From positions 37,944,001-38,008,000 of the forward strand of contig CM060731.1 in the NCBI GenBank assembly GCA_030704615.1: a DNA stretch of 64,000 nt, read 5' to 3'. This DNA comes from Takakia lepidozioides (lineage: Eukaryota > Plantae > Bryophyta). A program made the position numbers and the translations under genes. Each line of letters begins with the position of its first letter. The first letter of the stretch is position 1. Positions 1 to 12,317 of this stretch are shown one piece after another. Under the pieces are notes generated by a model. The model saw only the letters and a list, made by a program, of their open reading frames with translations, was not told the DNA's origin and made no database searches.

Positions 1-182
1 ACACAATAGTGCACATCCAGCTCACCATACTGAGATTAAATAAGATGATTAACTGATCCGTGCATGCGTCACTCTAGCCGCATGCATCTCGTTGTAGCGA
101 AGGAGATGTGCAAGGAGACGTGCGAATAGTGGTGGAGCAATGAGACACGTCGATGGGAGGAGATGCTTAGTACTGTCATGTC

Positions 183-267
183 CACCGCTGCTTTGACAGC
201 TCTGGTGTAGCATGCAAGTTTGTGACACACCGCTGCTTTGACAGCTCTGGTGTAGCCTGCAAGTTTG
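183..267. repeat. 45-bp tandem duplication (2 copies)
   Basis: caccgctgctttgacagctctggtgtagcatgcaagtttg starts at 183 and recurs at 228 with one substitution. Confidence 0.85.
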
Positions 268-746
268 CGTACAACGACACACCGACCAAGATGGCGACGT
301 TGGCTTTGCTGAGCCACGATCATCAGCTCTGGTTTGTCGGTTGTAGCTGCTCAGTAGCCACGATAGCCATCGAATCGGCATATGCGAAGTTTCTGCAGGT
401 TCTGGTCAATGGGCTTGATGTGCTTGGATCAATCCAACCGTTTTGTTGTTGTTGTTGTTTTTGTTTTGTTTTTTATATCACTGTAATTTTGTTTTCATTG
501 TGCAGTAAAATAAGGATCCTTCCCAATATTCAATGGGGCTCACATTCGAGTCCCAATACAAAATCTATGATATAATTTACATTTACTTTAATATTTCCAA
601 GCTGTTTTAGTTTGCTGAGCCATGATCATCTGCGCTGGTTTGTTGGTTGTATGATGTTTGTTACATTTGCATCCAAAGCACAATTGTTTAATGTAAAGGA
701 TAGTGGAGCTTAGCCTCAACTTAGCACAATGCACATGTGTTCCTTG

Positions 747-1100
747 TGTTGGAGGTACAGTTCGCCGTTAGTTACTAATTAGTAATCTCTGATGTGACTA
801 GATAGAATGATTAGCTAGACAGGCTACAGCTGTTCTGCATGAACCATGGGTGACTATTGACATGCTGCCTGACAATTGGTGTTTGAACTGCTGATTCAAA
901 GTGGGCCGCCACCACTATTTTGAGTATATAGGGTGCAGGCTGTCTAAAGTACGATGATGGATGCATAGGTACACACAGAGTGTAGTGTCAAGGGTTAAGC
1001 ATCACGGCGTCTTCACAGTGATCAATAAAAGTACTCTAGCTTACTCCAACTAAGTCTTGTGGTTGTCACTGCTCTAATATAGTAGCGTTGTTTTCCTAAA
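747..1100 (+). repeat. Probable 5' LTR of copia element A
   Basis: Begins TGTTGG at 747, has a TATA-like gagtatata (~922) and aataaa (~1024), and is immediately followed by a copia PBS at 1101. The 3' end reads cctaaa rather than -CA, and no second copy is in the window to confirm the 5' boundary. Confidence 0.5.
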
Positions 1101-1114
1101 GGTTATGGGCCCAC
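1101..1114 (+). promoter_or_regulatory. Primer binding site of copia A (half-tRNA iMet type)
   Basis: GGTTATGGGCCCAC, matching the GGTTATGGGCCCA PBS of half-tRNA-primed copia elements. Confidence 0.85.
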
Positions 1115-1161
1115 ATTTGCTGAAGCTGTAGGAATTAGTGATGACGTCCAAGGGCATAGAG

Positions 1162-1236
1162 TGTTGAAATGCTACAAAAACGATTAACAAATAATGCACT
1201 CATATGCAGGAGCTTTGTCTTTTGCTTAAGATCAAT
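1162..1236 (-). repeat. Truncated 3' LTR of copia B
   Basis: Matches 5345-5418 almost perfectly; the LTR start, PPT and RNase H C-terminus are deleted. Confidence 0.9.
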
Positions 1237-3284
1237 CCCCGACCATGGAAATCTCGTAGCATATGGTACTGCACATTGATGTGCTTAGTACGGCGATGAA
1301 ATTCAGGATTCTGCACAAGACGTATAGCACTCTGATTGTCACTGTGCAACACCGTGGGGCTATCCTGCTGATACCCCATGTCCTGAAGAAGTCTACAAAT
1401 CCAAACAACCTCTTTTGCCGTTAAACAGGCTGCAACATACTCTGATTCGGTAGTGGATGATGCTGTACAAGCTTTCTTTCTACTAATCCAAGAAATTGGT
1501 CCATGGTTGAGAAAAATGATGCACCCACTCCGGGACTTCCTGTCATCACTATCTCCAGCATAATCGGCATCTGCGTATGCAGAAAGAGTATTTGATCCTT
1601 CTCCTCCTGTGTAACATAGAGAGTAGTTTGCAGAGCCTCGAAGGTATTTAAAAATACGCTTGACGGCTGTACAATGAATCCGTATAGGATTTTGTGCAAA
1701 CTTTGCAACTGTACTGACTGCATAGGCTATGTCAGGCCTCGATCCAAGCATAGCAAACATCAGGCTACCAACTGCAGCTCGATAGGGAAAATCTTCTTCT
1801 CTCTCTGCAGTATCGTTGTCTCGGGAAAACTGTAAGTGCACATTAGGGTCAGCCGGTGTTGATACAGGATGTGCATCTGTAAAGCCGAACTTGGCTAAAA
1901 TCTTTAGAATGTAGTGTAGTTGATCGATGTAGATCATCCTCAGTTTCCTGTTGCGTGTGATGTGAAGCCCAACGTAACAATCTGCATCTCCTGTTGTTAC
2001 CTCAAAAACTTGGTTCAAATATTCAACCATGTCTATGAGTTCATTTTTGTCTGCTGCACTCCCTAGCCCATCATCTACAAATATTTCTATGACAAGCTTA
2101 GGAGGATTGGGACGATAGTAGATGCATGAATCGGCAGAACTTGCCTATAATCCATATTTCACCATGAAATTATCGAACTTCGTATTCCACGCTCGAGATG
2201 TTTGCTTTAACCCATACAAACTCTTAAGTAACCTGCACACTTTAGTTTCATGGCCAGGTACCAAGAATCCTTCAGGTTGCTCCATGAATATCTCCTCGTT
2301 CAGATCTCCATGCAAGAAAGCAGTCTTTATGTCGAACTGCACCACATCCAAATCATCTGCTGCTATTATGGACAGCAGGGTCCTGATGGAGTCGTACTTT
2401 GCCACGGGGGCAAAAGTCTCGTCATAATCCACCCCATACTGTTGTGAATAACCCTTTGCCACAACACGAGCCTTGAATTTATCAACAGTTCCATCTGACT
2501 TGGATTTGATTTTAAATACCCACTTGCACTTGATAGCAGCTCTCCCTTCCGGTAGGTTTTCCAATTTCCAAGTAGAATTCTTGAGCAGTGACTGGAATTC
2601 GTCATTCATGGCGGCTTGCCATTTCTTCCTCTCCGGAGACATCATGGCTCCCTGGTAAGTCATTGGTTCATCAGGAAGTGGAACAAAATTCGTCATTCCT
2701 GCGAAGGATGGATGATTGCTGATCCAGTCACCATATCTTTGTGGTGGATTTCGAGGTCGACATGCAACTTCTGTACACGCAGCTTCTGTACGTTCTTCGA
2801 CACCTTCCAAGACTACCTCAAGTCCATGTATAGGTACCATCGGTGCTTGCATATTTTCTTCCGCCAATACAATATTGTCAGGTCCAGTAAGAACATGTTC
2901 ATCATGCTCGTCATGCTCACCATGCTCTTCACACATTATCACATGATCATCATGAATCTCTGGTATAATAACACTTGATCCTTCAGCAGCAGACTCTTGT
3001 TCATGTAGTACCTCTGGGATTGACATTTCGTCAAACAAGACATCTCTGGTAACTACAATCTTCTTCTGCTCAATGTCCCATAGTCGATACGCCTTTGACT
3101 CTTTGATCTAACTTCTGTTCAGTTCCATGAGTATAGCACAGCTCCCAAATACCCTCATACATCTGGCTCTCTCGCACCATGCCTCAAGTGGAGTCATGTT
3201 ATCAAGAATTCTTGTTCCTGTGCGATTCAGCATATACACTGTAGTATGAACAGCTTCTGCCCAAAGCTTAGGGTCTACATTTTC
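1237..3284 (-). pseudogene. pol: Copia B pol 3' part: integrase tail, reverse transcriptase and RNase H (broken into ORFs 2145-3038 and 1200-2030)
   Basis: YDETFAPVAKY, QFDIKTAFLHG, KSLYGLKQ, IFVDDGL (~2065-2085), YADADYAGD, TTESEYVA, SDNQSAI, TKHINVQYH. Confidence 0.95.
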
Positions 3285-5258
3285 TTAAAGCATCATACAT
3301 TTCACACTCTCCACAATTATTCTATTGTCCTTTTCTACTACACCATTTTGCTCTGGTGTGTAGGGAGCAGTGAGTTCCTGTCGTATCCCATGCTCTTCCA
3401 GAAGTGCTTTGAGTTTGTTTGACATAAACTCTCCACCTCTATCACTTCGTAGCTTCTTTATGTCATTTCCAGTCTCTCTCTTAGACTCTGTAATCAGCTG
3501 CTTGAAAGATTCATACACTTCACTCTTGTGCTTCACACAATATAGCACTCTGTAACTGCTATGATTATCTTTGAAGAGTACGAAGTGTCTTGCTCCTCCT
3601 AGAGAATTGAGGTTCATCGTGCACACGTCAGCATGATAAAACTCTCCCAGTACCTGAGATCTTTGTCTGGTTTGGTTCACCGGAAATGGTTGACGATGAA
3701 TCTTTCCTAACGCACAGCCTTCACAGAAAGGAAGTTGAGACGCTGGATCACTTATCAGCATACCTCCCACTACTTGTGATTTTGCCATTGCTTTAATCAT
3801 CCCTTCACTGATATGTCCCAGGCGGTCATGCCAAACCTTCAAAGAAACTCCTCTTCTCGCCACAGTCAGATTTGCTTCAGTCTCCATAGCCAGATCTGCT
3901 TCACTGTTTGGAACTACTACTTTGACTCGTAGTTTCCAGAGATTTCCTTCCCTGAGTCCTTCCAAGACAAGCGCTCCATGTCCTTCACTTGCAAAAAGCT
4001 TAAAAGTAGTTTTGCTGAGAAGAGTAATCATGTCTTTATCAACTGCTTTTGGTAGTGAAAAGAGGTTTCTCCTGAGGTCTGGGATGTAAAGAACATCTTT
4101 AATAGTTCCTTTCCTCCACTCATCATCATTCACCAGTGAGAGAACTTCAATGTCTCCGATGCCTTCAGCCCATACTACAAGATTTGTAGCAACTTGTACA
4201 CCCCAGCGCTTATCTTCAATCTTTCTGAGATTTTTGAACCAAAACCTTTTGTTCGTCATGTGCTCAGAAGCAGCATTGTCACAATACCATGCATCATCTT
4301 CGAGATGTACACTTTGTTTGGCAACATTGTTTGTCACATATGCACCACTCATTTGAGGGACTCCCCCCACTGCTTCTATGAATACGCTCTCTGTAGCATA
4401 GACATCGCTTATCTTCAGGATTTCTGCCACGTTTGCTGTACTGACAGATCCTTTCTCAGTGTTTGCTGCACCATTTAATGGACATTCAGAATCTTTTTCC
4501 CAATGTCCCGGCAGATGACACTTATTGCAACGAGTTCTCTTCTTCAACTTGGCAATCCTCTCTGCTCTTTCTTTCTTCTGTTCCCTTGTCCACATGCCCC
4601 CAGTGCTAGAGGTAACACTCTTGCCTCCAAGGTTCCTTGTAAAGAAAGCCTTGTCAATAGCATGATCATTTCCTCCTCTTGCTTTTCTCATGGCCTCTTT
4701 CTTGAGCAATCTTGCTTGCAGATTGTTTAATGTCTTTTCAGCCATTGGAACATTGTCCCAGGCATCAAGAACATTTTCATAGCTAGGCGGCAAGGTACAT
4801 ATTATTTTCGCCATCACTGCTGACTCTGGAATTTTCTCTCCTAGATCTGCGAGCTGTCTCACCATCATCTCAATGTTACTAAAGTAACTTGCTATGCTAT
4901 CACCCTCTTCCATGTGGAGATGATACAACTTGCTTTGGAGTACATGCACATTCTCACTGGCATTCTGCTCGTGTATTGCGATCAACTTTGACCACATTTC
5001 AATCGAAGAATTGCAGCTAACTAGTTGCTGTAGATGTTTCTTATCAACTGCATGCACTATATACATGCTAGCTATGCTATCTTTGTCATCCCACGCTTCC
5101 TTGTCTTTGGCTGTCTCTCTCAATTCTTGTCCGCTCACTAACATCCATAGTTTCTTGGCTTTGAACAGAATCTGCATTTGGAACTTCCATAAAGAGAAGT
5201 TGTCACCGGTGAACTTCTCAACATTTGCAATATCCTTGGAAACAACTGATACACTCAT
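3285..5258 (-). CDS. gag-pol: Copia B gag-protease-integrase, 657 aa, ending at a premature stop
   Basis: KFTGDNFSLWKFQM gag start; CNKCHLPGHWEKDSEC knuckle; WYCDNAASEHM protease; WHDRLGH...CEGC zinc finger; HADVC / RSDRGGEF / EQNGVVE integrase core. Confidence 0.95.
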   Translation of the reverse strand: MSVSVVSKDIANVEKFTGDNFSLWKFQMQILFKAKKLWMLVSGQELRETAKDKEAWDDKDSIASMYIVHAVDKKHLQQLVSCNSSIEMWSKLIAIHEQNASENVHVLQSKLYHLHMEEGDSIASYFSNIEMMVRQLADLGEKIPESAVMAKIICTLPPSYENVLDAWDNVPMAEKTLNNLQARLLKKEAMRKARGGNDHAIDKAFFTRNLGGKSVTSSTGGMWTREQKKERAERIAKLKKRTRCNKCHLPGHWEKDSECPLNGAANTEKGSVSTANVAEILKISDVYATESVFIEAVGGVPQMSGAYVTNNVAKQSVHLEDDAWYCDNAASEHMTNKRFWFKNLRKIEDKRWGVQVATNLVVWAEGIGDIEVLSLVNDDEWRKGTIKDVLYIPDLRRNLFSLPKAVDKDMITLLSKTTFKLFASEGHGALVLEGLREGNLWKLRVKVVVPNSEADLAMETEANLTVARRGVSLKVWHDRLGHISEGMIKAMAKSQVVGGMLISDPASQLPFCEGCALGKIHRQPFPVNQTRQRSQVLGEFYHADVCTMNLNSLGGARHFVLFKDNHSSYRVLYCVKHKSEVYESFKQLITESKRETGNDIKKLRSDRGGEFMSNKLKALLEEHGIRQELTAPYTPEQNGVVEKDNRIIVESVKCMML

Positions 5259-5330
5259 GTTGTCTGTTATTCTTAATCTATTCTAGAAATACAGAAAACA
5301 CAAACTCTACCCCACAGCGACTTGCGAGGA

Positions 5331-5344
5331 GTGGGCCCATAACC
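5331..5344 (-). promoter_or_regulatory. Primer binding site of copia B
   Basis: Reverse complement GGTTATGGGCCCAC directly abuts the LTR end TCAACA. Confidence 0.9.
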
Positions 5345-5452
5345 TGTTGAAATGCTACAAAAACATTAACAAATAATGCACTCATATGCAGGAGCTTTGT
5401 CTTTTGCTTAAGATCAATCGTAGAAGCACACTAGTGCATTACATGTTCAACA
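5345..5452 (-). repeat. 5' LTR of copia B (108 bp)
   Basis: TGTTGA...TCAACA 6-bp terminal inverted repeat; second copy at 1162. Confidence 0.9.
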
Positions 5453-5686
5453 AGAAGACAACATCACTACGCTAATCTACAGACTATGTGGATCCCCACA
5501 GCAGAGCATGGAGGGAAAAATCCATGTTCAAAATAGGTGGTCCAAGTGAAAGACAAGTGTCACTAGCTAAGTCATCTACTTGGACAGCCTGGACATATAT
5601 CAGGGAGTAAACACTAACACTAATCCTGAGATTAATCTACTTGAATAACACTACCAGTGTAAATTCTCAACATAGAGATCAAGGAG

Positions 5687-6280
5687 TTGAGTAATATTGA
5701 GAGGTTTGATAGAGATAACTTCCAACTCTGGAAGTTCCAGATGCAGGTGGTTTTCAGATCGAAGAAACTACTTAGTCTAGTCGAGGGAGTGGAAACTAGA
5801 GTGACAGCCAAGAATGAGGAGGAATGGGATGAGAGAGACCATGCAGCTACAATGCTCATATGTTCAGCAGTAAACAGGAAATACTTACAACAGTTGATCA
5901 ATTGTAAATCTGCTGCGCTCATGTGGAACAAGTTGAAGTTAGTACATGAGCATAACGCAAGTGAGAACATCCATATCCTTCAGCAAAAGTTCTTTGAGTA
6001 CAGAATGAGAGAGAACGATGATATTTCGACTCATATTAGTACCATTGAGTCTATGGCAAACAGATTGAGTGACCTAGGAAAGGCCACTTCAGAGAGAGCT
6101 TTGTGTAGTTTGCCGCCTAGTTATAGGCATCTTTTATCAGTGTGGGATAGTGTACTTCCTGAGAATAGAACATTGGAGAATCTAACATCGAGGCTCATGA
6201 TGGAAGAGTCATTGAATAAAGAACGAGGGAATGCCGATGAGCAAGGAGATAGAGCTTTCTTCGCGAGAAAGGGAGGTAAC
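5687..6280 (+). pseudogene. gag: Copia A gag, truncated before the zinc knuckle
   Basis: IERFDRDNFQLWKFQM...HEHNASENIHILQQKF...LPPSY...DRAFFARKGG, clearly homologous to copia B gag; similarity stops near 6280. Confidence 0.9.
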
Positions 6281-8999
6281 CGAGCTTTCCTAAACCTTGC
6301 TCCTTGTCTTTTGTATCAGAAGCCAGGATCATCCGACATTCGTTTTAGCTTGTTTATGGTAGAATTCAAGTTGTGTGGTGTAATGTAATCCATAAATTTA
6401 TCCATGAGTGCAGATTTGCAGGCTAATTAGTGCTGATCACCGACTACCACACTGCCAAGATTGTGAAACCCTTCGGACTAATTTAGCACAGGAAGTTAGT
6501 GCAATCAAAACATATTGAGATTGAAAGAGGTTCCACTACTCAGCAACTGCCTTCAGAAGTTGGACTTTACCTACAAGCAGCGTCATGCAGGGTTGACCAT
6601 GAGGAAGTCATAAAAGCCTAATTTTCTTTTCCTGTAGATTAACCTTAATTACCTCCCAAAAAGTGTGGACTTTTGCCAAGCAAGAGTAAATGTGTGGTGT
6701 CACTTGACCCCCAAGGGCTACTGCTTATGTTACTTGGAACTTAACCTCACATAAGTTAAGATAGAGATTAAGATCCACATGTGTCTTATTATAATTACAT
6801 GGTTCCAAGCTTCTCTCACAGAATTTCTATATGGGTTTTGAGGCATGGTATACAACCAAATAGAAAAGATTTACCAAGTTGGTCACAAAATGGAGCAGAA
6901 TAGGTAGGTTAGTAGACCCTAAAACCTGCGCTAGATTTCCCTTTTTAATCTTTAGGGCATTTTGAAGCAGAATTTACCCACTAGTGGATCGCACTAGGTG
7001 CAGGAGCATGGAACCCTTGTCCAGAATTTTGCCATAGGCCGATTTGTGGAACACGTTCTTGTCCCTTCGATGAGATGTCATCTAGGGTTGAAATGGGGCC
7101 AGGTAGGCAGGGATGTTCCACCACATGACAGCCTAGTGGAACCATGATTTGATTTGAGCAGATTGAGCAGATGTTTATGTAGCGCGGATAGGAACTTCCA
7201 GAAACTTCCTGCCTAGAAAGTTTCTGTAGTCAGTGCCTTGTCTGCTCCCATCCAGGGACAGGGGGGATGGGTATAAGAGAGGGAGCGGAGAAGGGAGGAG
7301 GGGGGTTCCACCAGGTGTCTCATGACTTCACCCACCATGACCAGTTCTTCTCTCTATTTGATCTCAAGGAAGAACCTTGGGATAATGCTCCGTTAAACAG
7401 TGAGCGGCTGTTGATGCAGGGGCGCTCAGTATCCCTGATACAGAGGCAACCTGTATGACTGGCTCTTGACTCGAGGAAGAAGGGAGAAGGCTAAATGAGA
7501 CAGTGAGGACTTCAGATGTAGAGGCACGAAAAGGAGGGACATTAATTGCTAAGGTAATTAAGCCTCTTTAACTTAACTTATGGGAGAGGAAGTCGTATAG
7601 TTTGGAGGACCGTATGCTTGTCTTGTTGATCATTGTTGTACGGTTCAATCAATGATCAGACCTGAAAAAAGCAACTTCCAAAGAAGTCCACAGATCAGAT
7701 GAACCAAAAGTTGCAGTTGGAAGCAAAGAGCAGACGAAGCACACTCCTCCATGACCATAAATGCTTGCCTTGTTGATGGACCTTGAGTTCACCTGCAAAC
7801 TTCCAACTGCAAACCGTGTTATTTTCAATGGATCTCTTAGTTGCTGCTCAGTTGCAACTTGCTGCAAATCCATTGAGACCAACACAAAAATTGTTGTTGG
7901 CAGCAAAGAGATGAAGAGGTTGAATTTGAGCTATTGGATGCTTCTATGGTCAAGGAATGACCTCTATCCTGGCTATACATGTAGCATGCTCATTCAATAC
8001 AAAATGTCATGAACTGTTTTGTTTTTGGAGTAAGATGGGTGGTGGGGTGACTGCAAGATCCTCAAAGTGCACCTGCCCCAGCACGAGAACAGATAGCTGT
8101 TGACAAAGCCCCATCTGGCCGTGCATCTGATGAGTTTCAGGGATCATGGATTGCACCGGACAGACCTGATGTGGTAAGTGTGCTGGGAACTTGTGTGGAG
8201 GTGATATCGATGGCCGTTGGTTTGAATTAACTAGCTCTACACTTGCTCAGATTCCCTCCTGTACCTAAAATCATGAATGGGATATGATTAAGGCCACATG
8301 GTTTAGGCAAGCAACACTATTTTCTTCAAGATAACATCAGTGTCAGGCTATGCATTTTCATGACAAGGATATAGACTTCAGGAACATTAGAGGGGAATTC
8401 TATACTAACAAACATCCTCTGGCTTAGTTGGCTGTATCTTTCTGTTTACTGCTCGGAGTCCATGGCAACCATATTGCTACCAGGTTCAATGAGCTTCATC
8501 TCATGTTTTTTTGTCCTTAGTCAGATGACCTGTGCAATTCTAGATGGTGAAGGGGGAAGTCTTCTAGTCATTTTTGCTTATATAGATGAGGACGCTCTTA
8601 AACAATCTTTCTATTTTGTGCATGTTAATTTGTAGGATCTCCTCTGCACACCGACACAACCAAGCCATGAGATTTTGGGGAGCCCTTCAGGAGGTTTCCA
8701 CCCCGACAGAACGACCTTCTTGGCTCTCGATCGCACATATACGTGCAGGGGAGGCTTTTTCTTGTAGCTCTCATAAGGATGCCCTACCCCTATACGAGAG
8801 TTCAAGGGCTGGGCATTCTTATGAGAACACCAGAAAAATCCTCCCAGTCGTAAAGAATGGAGAAATGCTTTCCTTCAGGCTTCATATTTTTTCAGATTCA
8901 TGGGACTCCCGATCGATTTCGATTTACTGTTGATAGCAGGTTACACCAAAAATATCTGCTGGGAGGGGTGTTTAGGGTTGTAAAGAATGGAGAAACGCC

Positions 9000-10140
9000 A
9001 AGCCCCAGGACGAAGCCTCTCTCCATCGGTAATTGAACTCACAACACCTACCTCTTTTGCTCACGATCCCTCTTCATGTCCCCTGGATCTGTACGTGTAT
9101 GGACATCAGTCTGTTCTCCTCTGCCTGCTTGCTCAATCCTGCAGCTAGTCTCTTCTTAATTTTAGTGTCTTTCCATGAATAATTAAACTGCCCATCCGAC
9201 CTATTTTGCTAATCGATTCCTCTTTTTGGCCCTAGATCTGTATGTGTATGTATGTCTCGGCGTCCTTGTTCTGCAATTCTGCTAGTCTCCTATGCTGTCT
9301 CATTTTCTCACCTCCGGTCTGTGTGGAGTGAAAGCTGAAAAAATGATTGAACGTCTCACACGCTATGGTTCATCCGTCTATAATATTAGTTGCCAGATGA
9401 AGACAAATTGACGAGAGCAGGTTCCCTCTTCCAGAACGCCAGCTGTGAGCATCAGGTGTACACCACTGCTACTCATCATATCAGTTCATCATGCGAGGCC
9501 ATTCATTCATGATGAGTACAAGGCGGGGTACAAGGCTGAGGATGAAGATCTGCTGGCAGAAAATTCAGAGGAGGCCCAGACTTGCTTAATTAGAGCCACT
9601 GTGGAGATCAGCCCTGAGGATGCATCGGTACTTCAACTCCTGGCCACCTTACTTCTTTTGCTCATCGATCCCTCATTTTTGTCCCTGGATATGTATGTAT
9701 ATTTCAGCCTACTCTCCCTCTGCCTGCTTGCTCAGTCCTGCTAGTCGAAATCCTCTTCTGTATCATACGGTCTTCCACAAGTACTTTTAAACTCCCCATC
9801 CTACGTAATATATCACCAAGTCGTGGCTATGGCAGTGAGACCAAGGATGAAGACGTACCCCATCGGTTATGAAACTCCCCATTTTATAACCTCTTTTGCT
9901 CATCGATCCCTCGTTTCTTTCCTGCATCTCTATGTGTATGTCAACCTGCTCCCCCTCTGTCTGCTTGCTTAATCTTGCTAGTCTTGTCTTCTATATCAGT
10001 GTCTTCCATAAATATCCCCATTCTCACTCTAATTTTTCTCATAGTGTCTTCTGGATCATGTCCATCAGTAATAAAACTTCTCATCCTCCCTTTTTGAGTT
10101 GTATGTCTATGTGAGTCTGCTCTTGCTCCCTCCAGATGCC
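9000..10140 (+). repeat. Degenerate dispersed repeat module (3 clear and 2 partial copies)
   Basis: catcg|gt...aactc...ttttgctcatcgatccctc...gtatgt...ctgcctgcttgctcaatc..gctagtc recurs at ~9025, ~9623 and ~9861, with partial copies at ~9205 and ~10075. Confidence 0.6.
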
Positions 10141-10333
10141 TCATTGTTGAATATAGTACAAGTAGCCACCACCAGATTTTTGGCAGTTTAAAGTAATAAA
10201 ATGGAACTCAATTTAGGCCTACCTTTGGCACCTGAAGGTGGGCACGGGAGGCCCAGGCAGCCTGTAGTAGTACAACAACAGAGAGAAAGGCTGGTTATTG
10301 TGCACCTATGTTTGTCATTTTAAAAAATGATAC

Positions 10334-10736
10334 AAAATGGTAGGGCCATTTTAAGTGATACTTCCAATAAACTATCCGTTAAATGAAATTGTCATCCTAA
10401 GGTCTCCCTGGCCATAGCTTGCAACATTGCGGCAGTCGATTGCTTTGCAAAAAGCAGGTACCTATAATTGATAAGAAGTGAACAGGCTTTGAAAAAAGAA
10501 GTCTCTGCACCCCTACAATCTAGATATGAATGGCAAATGTAGGAGCCTCAAATATGTAAAGAAAGTATTTGACAATACAAGATGTTGTGTCATGGAGCCT
10601 GTTCTGGCATGGGTCTGCAATCTGTCCACAAAATCCAGCTTATGGTTGTACAGAGAAAAATAGTGAGAGGGACCACAAGGGAAACCCATTGAAATTCCAC
10701 TGATGTATTGAGCACATTTCCGGAAGGAAAGCTTGC
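10334..10736 (-). pseudogene. Two putative exons of an unidentified host gene (about 10579-10736 and 10334-10461)
   Basis: A GT..AG intron at 10462-10578 joins ...CAQYISGISMGFPCGPSHYFSLYNHKLDFVDRLQTHARTGSMTQHL in phase 0 to VPAFCKAIDCRNVASYGQGDLRMTISFNG; two stops follow; protein not recognised. Confidence 0.4.
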
Positions 10737-11002
10737 CTCACAGCCCATAGCACATGAGAGAATGAATGACGAAGTACCAACAACCCCTAGTACTTGCCAC
10801 TACTATTGAAGTTTTGTTGCTCATGTCATGATATCAAATTTGGACAATGCAGCAACTCTGCACTAAGGGATAGGACATGATATGAAAGCCTCTCACTCCT
10901 GAGTAGCAAATTTTAATGAGGGATGGGTCGCAAATCTTCTCCACCAGAAATGCTGCCATATGTAAAACCAGAAACAAAGAGAGAACTAGGTAGCAAGCTT
11001 AC

Positions 11003-11800
11003 CAGGGTAACCTTTTAAACTAACTGATATGTCCTCCATCTCCAGAAGGGCCTCACCTCGATCCCCAACCTCGTAGAGTGACACGGCCCGCCCTACTCTT
11101 GCATACTCGGCCAATATTGCTAAGTCACCAGCATCCTGTGTTACCTGTACACACCCCCATAAACACAGACTTGTGGTATATGAAGTACCTGCATTGAATA
11201 TCATGAGATTCTATGGATGTCTATGATCTCAGAGGCAATTTCTCTGATCGCCTAAGCACTGGTTCATGCTTCAGTTTTGTTTTGTGCCCACCTCCTTCAG
11301 GTATTCATCGTCTGTATTACAACAAAGAGGAAAGATGTAGATTCCAAATGAGGCAAAAAGGGGCAACGGGGGACCTGACTGAAGCAGCGGAAGGCTCCGA
11401 GGAAATTGCTATGGGCCTACAAGTACCTGCTTGCCCGTGTCCAATAGCTCCAGTGCCTCTGACACCCTTCTGGAATATGCATCACTTGCCTCTCTCTCTT
11501 CTTGCGATATGGGGTCATAGCTCTGCGACCGCACCGCAGCAATAGCCCCACGAATGTCCCCAGTAAACATCTCCATTGCGTGCGACGTTGGAGTTCCCAG
11601 AATGAGACAAGCCAAGGCCAAGGACGCCCTATTAGCCATCTGCTTCTAGACAATTTGAGGTGGCAGCTGCTCTCTTCTTGGGGTGGCATTTGCCCACGCA
11701 TTGGTACTGGAAAATGTAGGGGCGAGAAGGGTGTAGATGGGAAATCACAACTGAACGACTGTTGGGGCCATTACACATCGTGTTGGTGGTGTATATGCCA
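11003..11800 (-). pseudogene. Pseudogene of a plastid-type TPR-like protein (resembles Arabidopsis At3g05625 from memory, unverified)
   Basis: Exon ending 11375 (YDPISQEEREASDAYSRRVSEALELLDTGKQ...AFRCFSQ|gt) and exon 11003-11144 (ag|VTQDAGDLAILAEYARVGRAVSLYEVGDRGEALLEMEDISVSLKGYP|gtaagc). Apparent 4-bp insertion plus a TAG at ~11415-11426. Expected last exon not found; 5' limit approximate. Confidence 0.8.
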
Positions 11801-12317
11801 GTGACGACTGATTTTCGGTCTAGGGAATAGAGATTTGACCTTGAAGAGAAATGAAATGAAATGAAATGGTTCTTTATAATGTCCACGGAAAGCTCATAGA
11901 GCTTATGGGACAAAATGGAAAGAAACACATGAGAGAAAACAGGAAACCAGAGTCAGAGATAAGAACTATTGTTGAAGTGATTGTCTAAGGGCGAATGCCT
12001 CGTGCAGGTAGGCTGCCAAGCATTTCTGATCTTCATAGTGAAAGACCTCAGTGAGAGATTGGGTTCCACTGAATAGACTATGGAATCTCCCACGGATCTC
12101 ATAGTATCGTACAGGTATAGTATCGAAGAGAGAGAGAGAATCGTACAGGTCACATACCAAGATTTTGACAAGGTTTTTTGGAATGGGTGGAGCTTGTATG
12201 GCATGAAATTATGCAAATTGCTACTCGCTAAACTCAGAAAATTTGAAGGCATTCTTGTAAAGTCGTGAGGGGGAGAATGTCTGGGATGCGATATTGAGGA
12301 GGCCACCCATTAGTCTC

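Larger units (their letters stand above)
1162..5452 (-). mobile_element. Ty1/copia LTR retrotransposon B, decayed, nested in the 5' leader of copia A
   Basis: Short LTRs at 5345-5452 (TGTTGA...TCAACA) and 1162-1236; PBS at 5331-5344; domain order gag-PR-INT-RT-RH; flanks tagag / agaag are at best a degenerate TSD. Confidence 0.95.

Noticed and set aside
222-575. 117-aa ORF as a host gene
   Set aside because: Spans a tandem duplication and a (TTG)n tract; no recognisable domain
6290-8950. Short ORFs between the copia gag and the repeat module
   Set aside because: No recognisable motifs; cannot be supported without a database search
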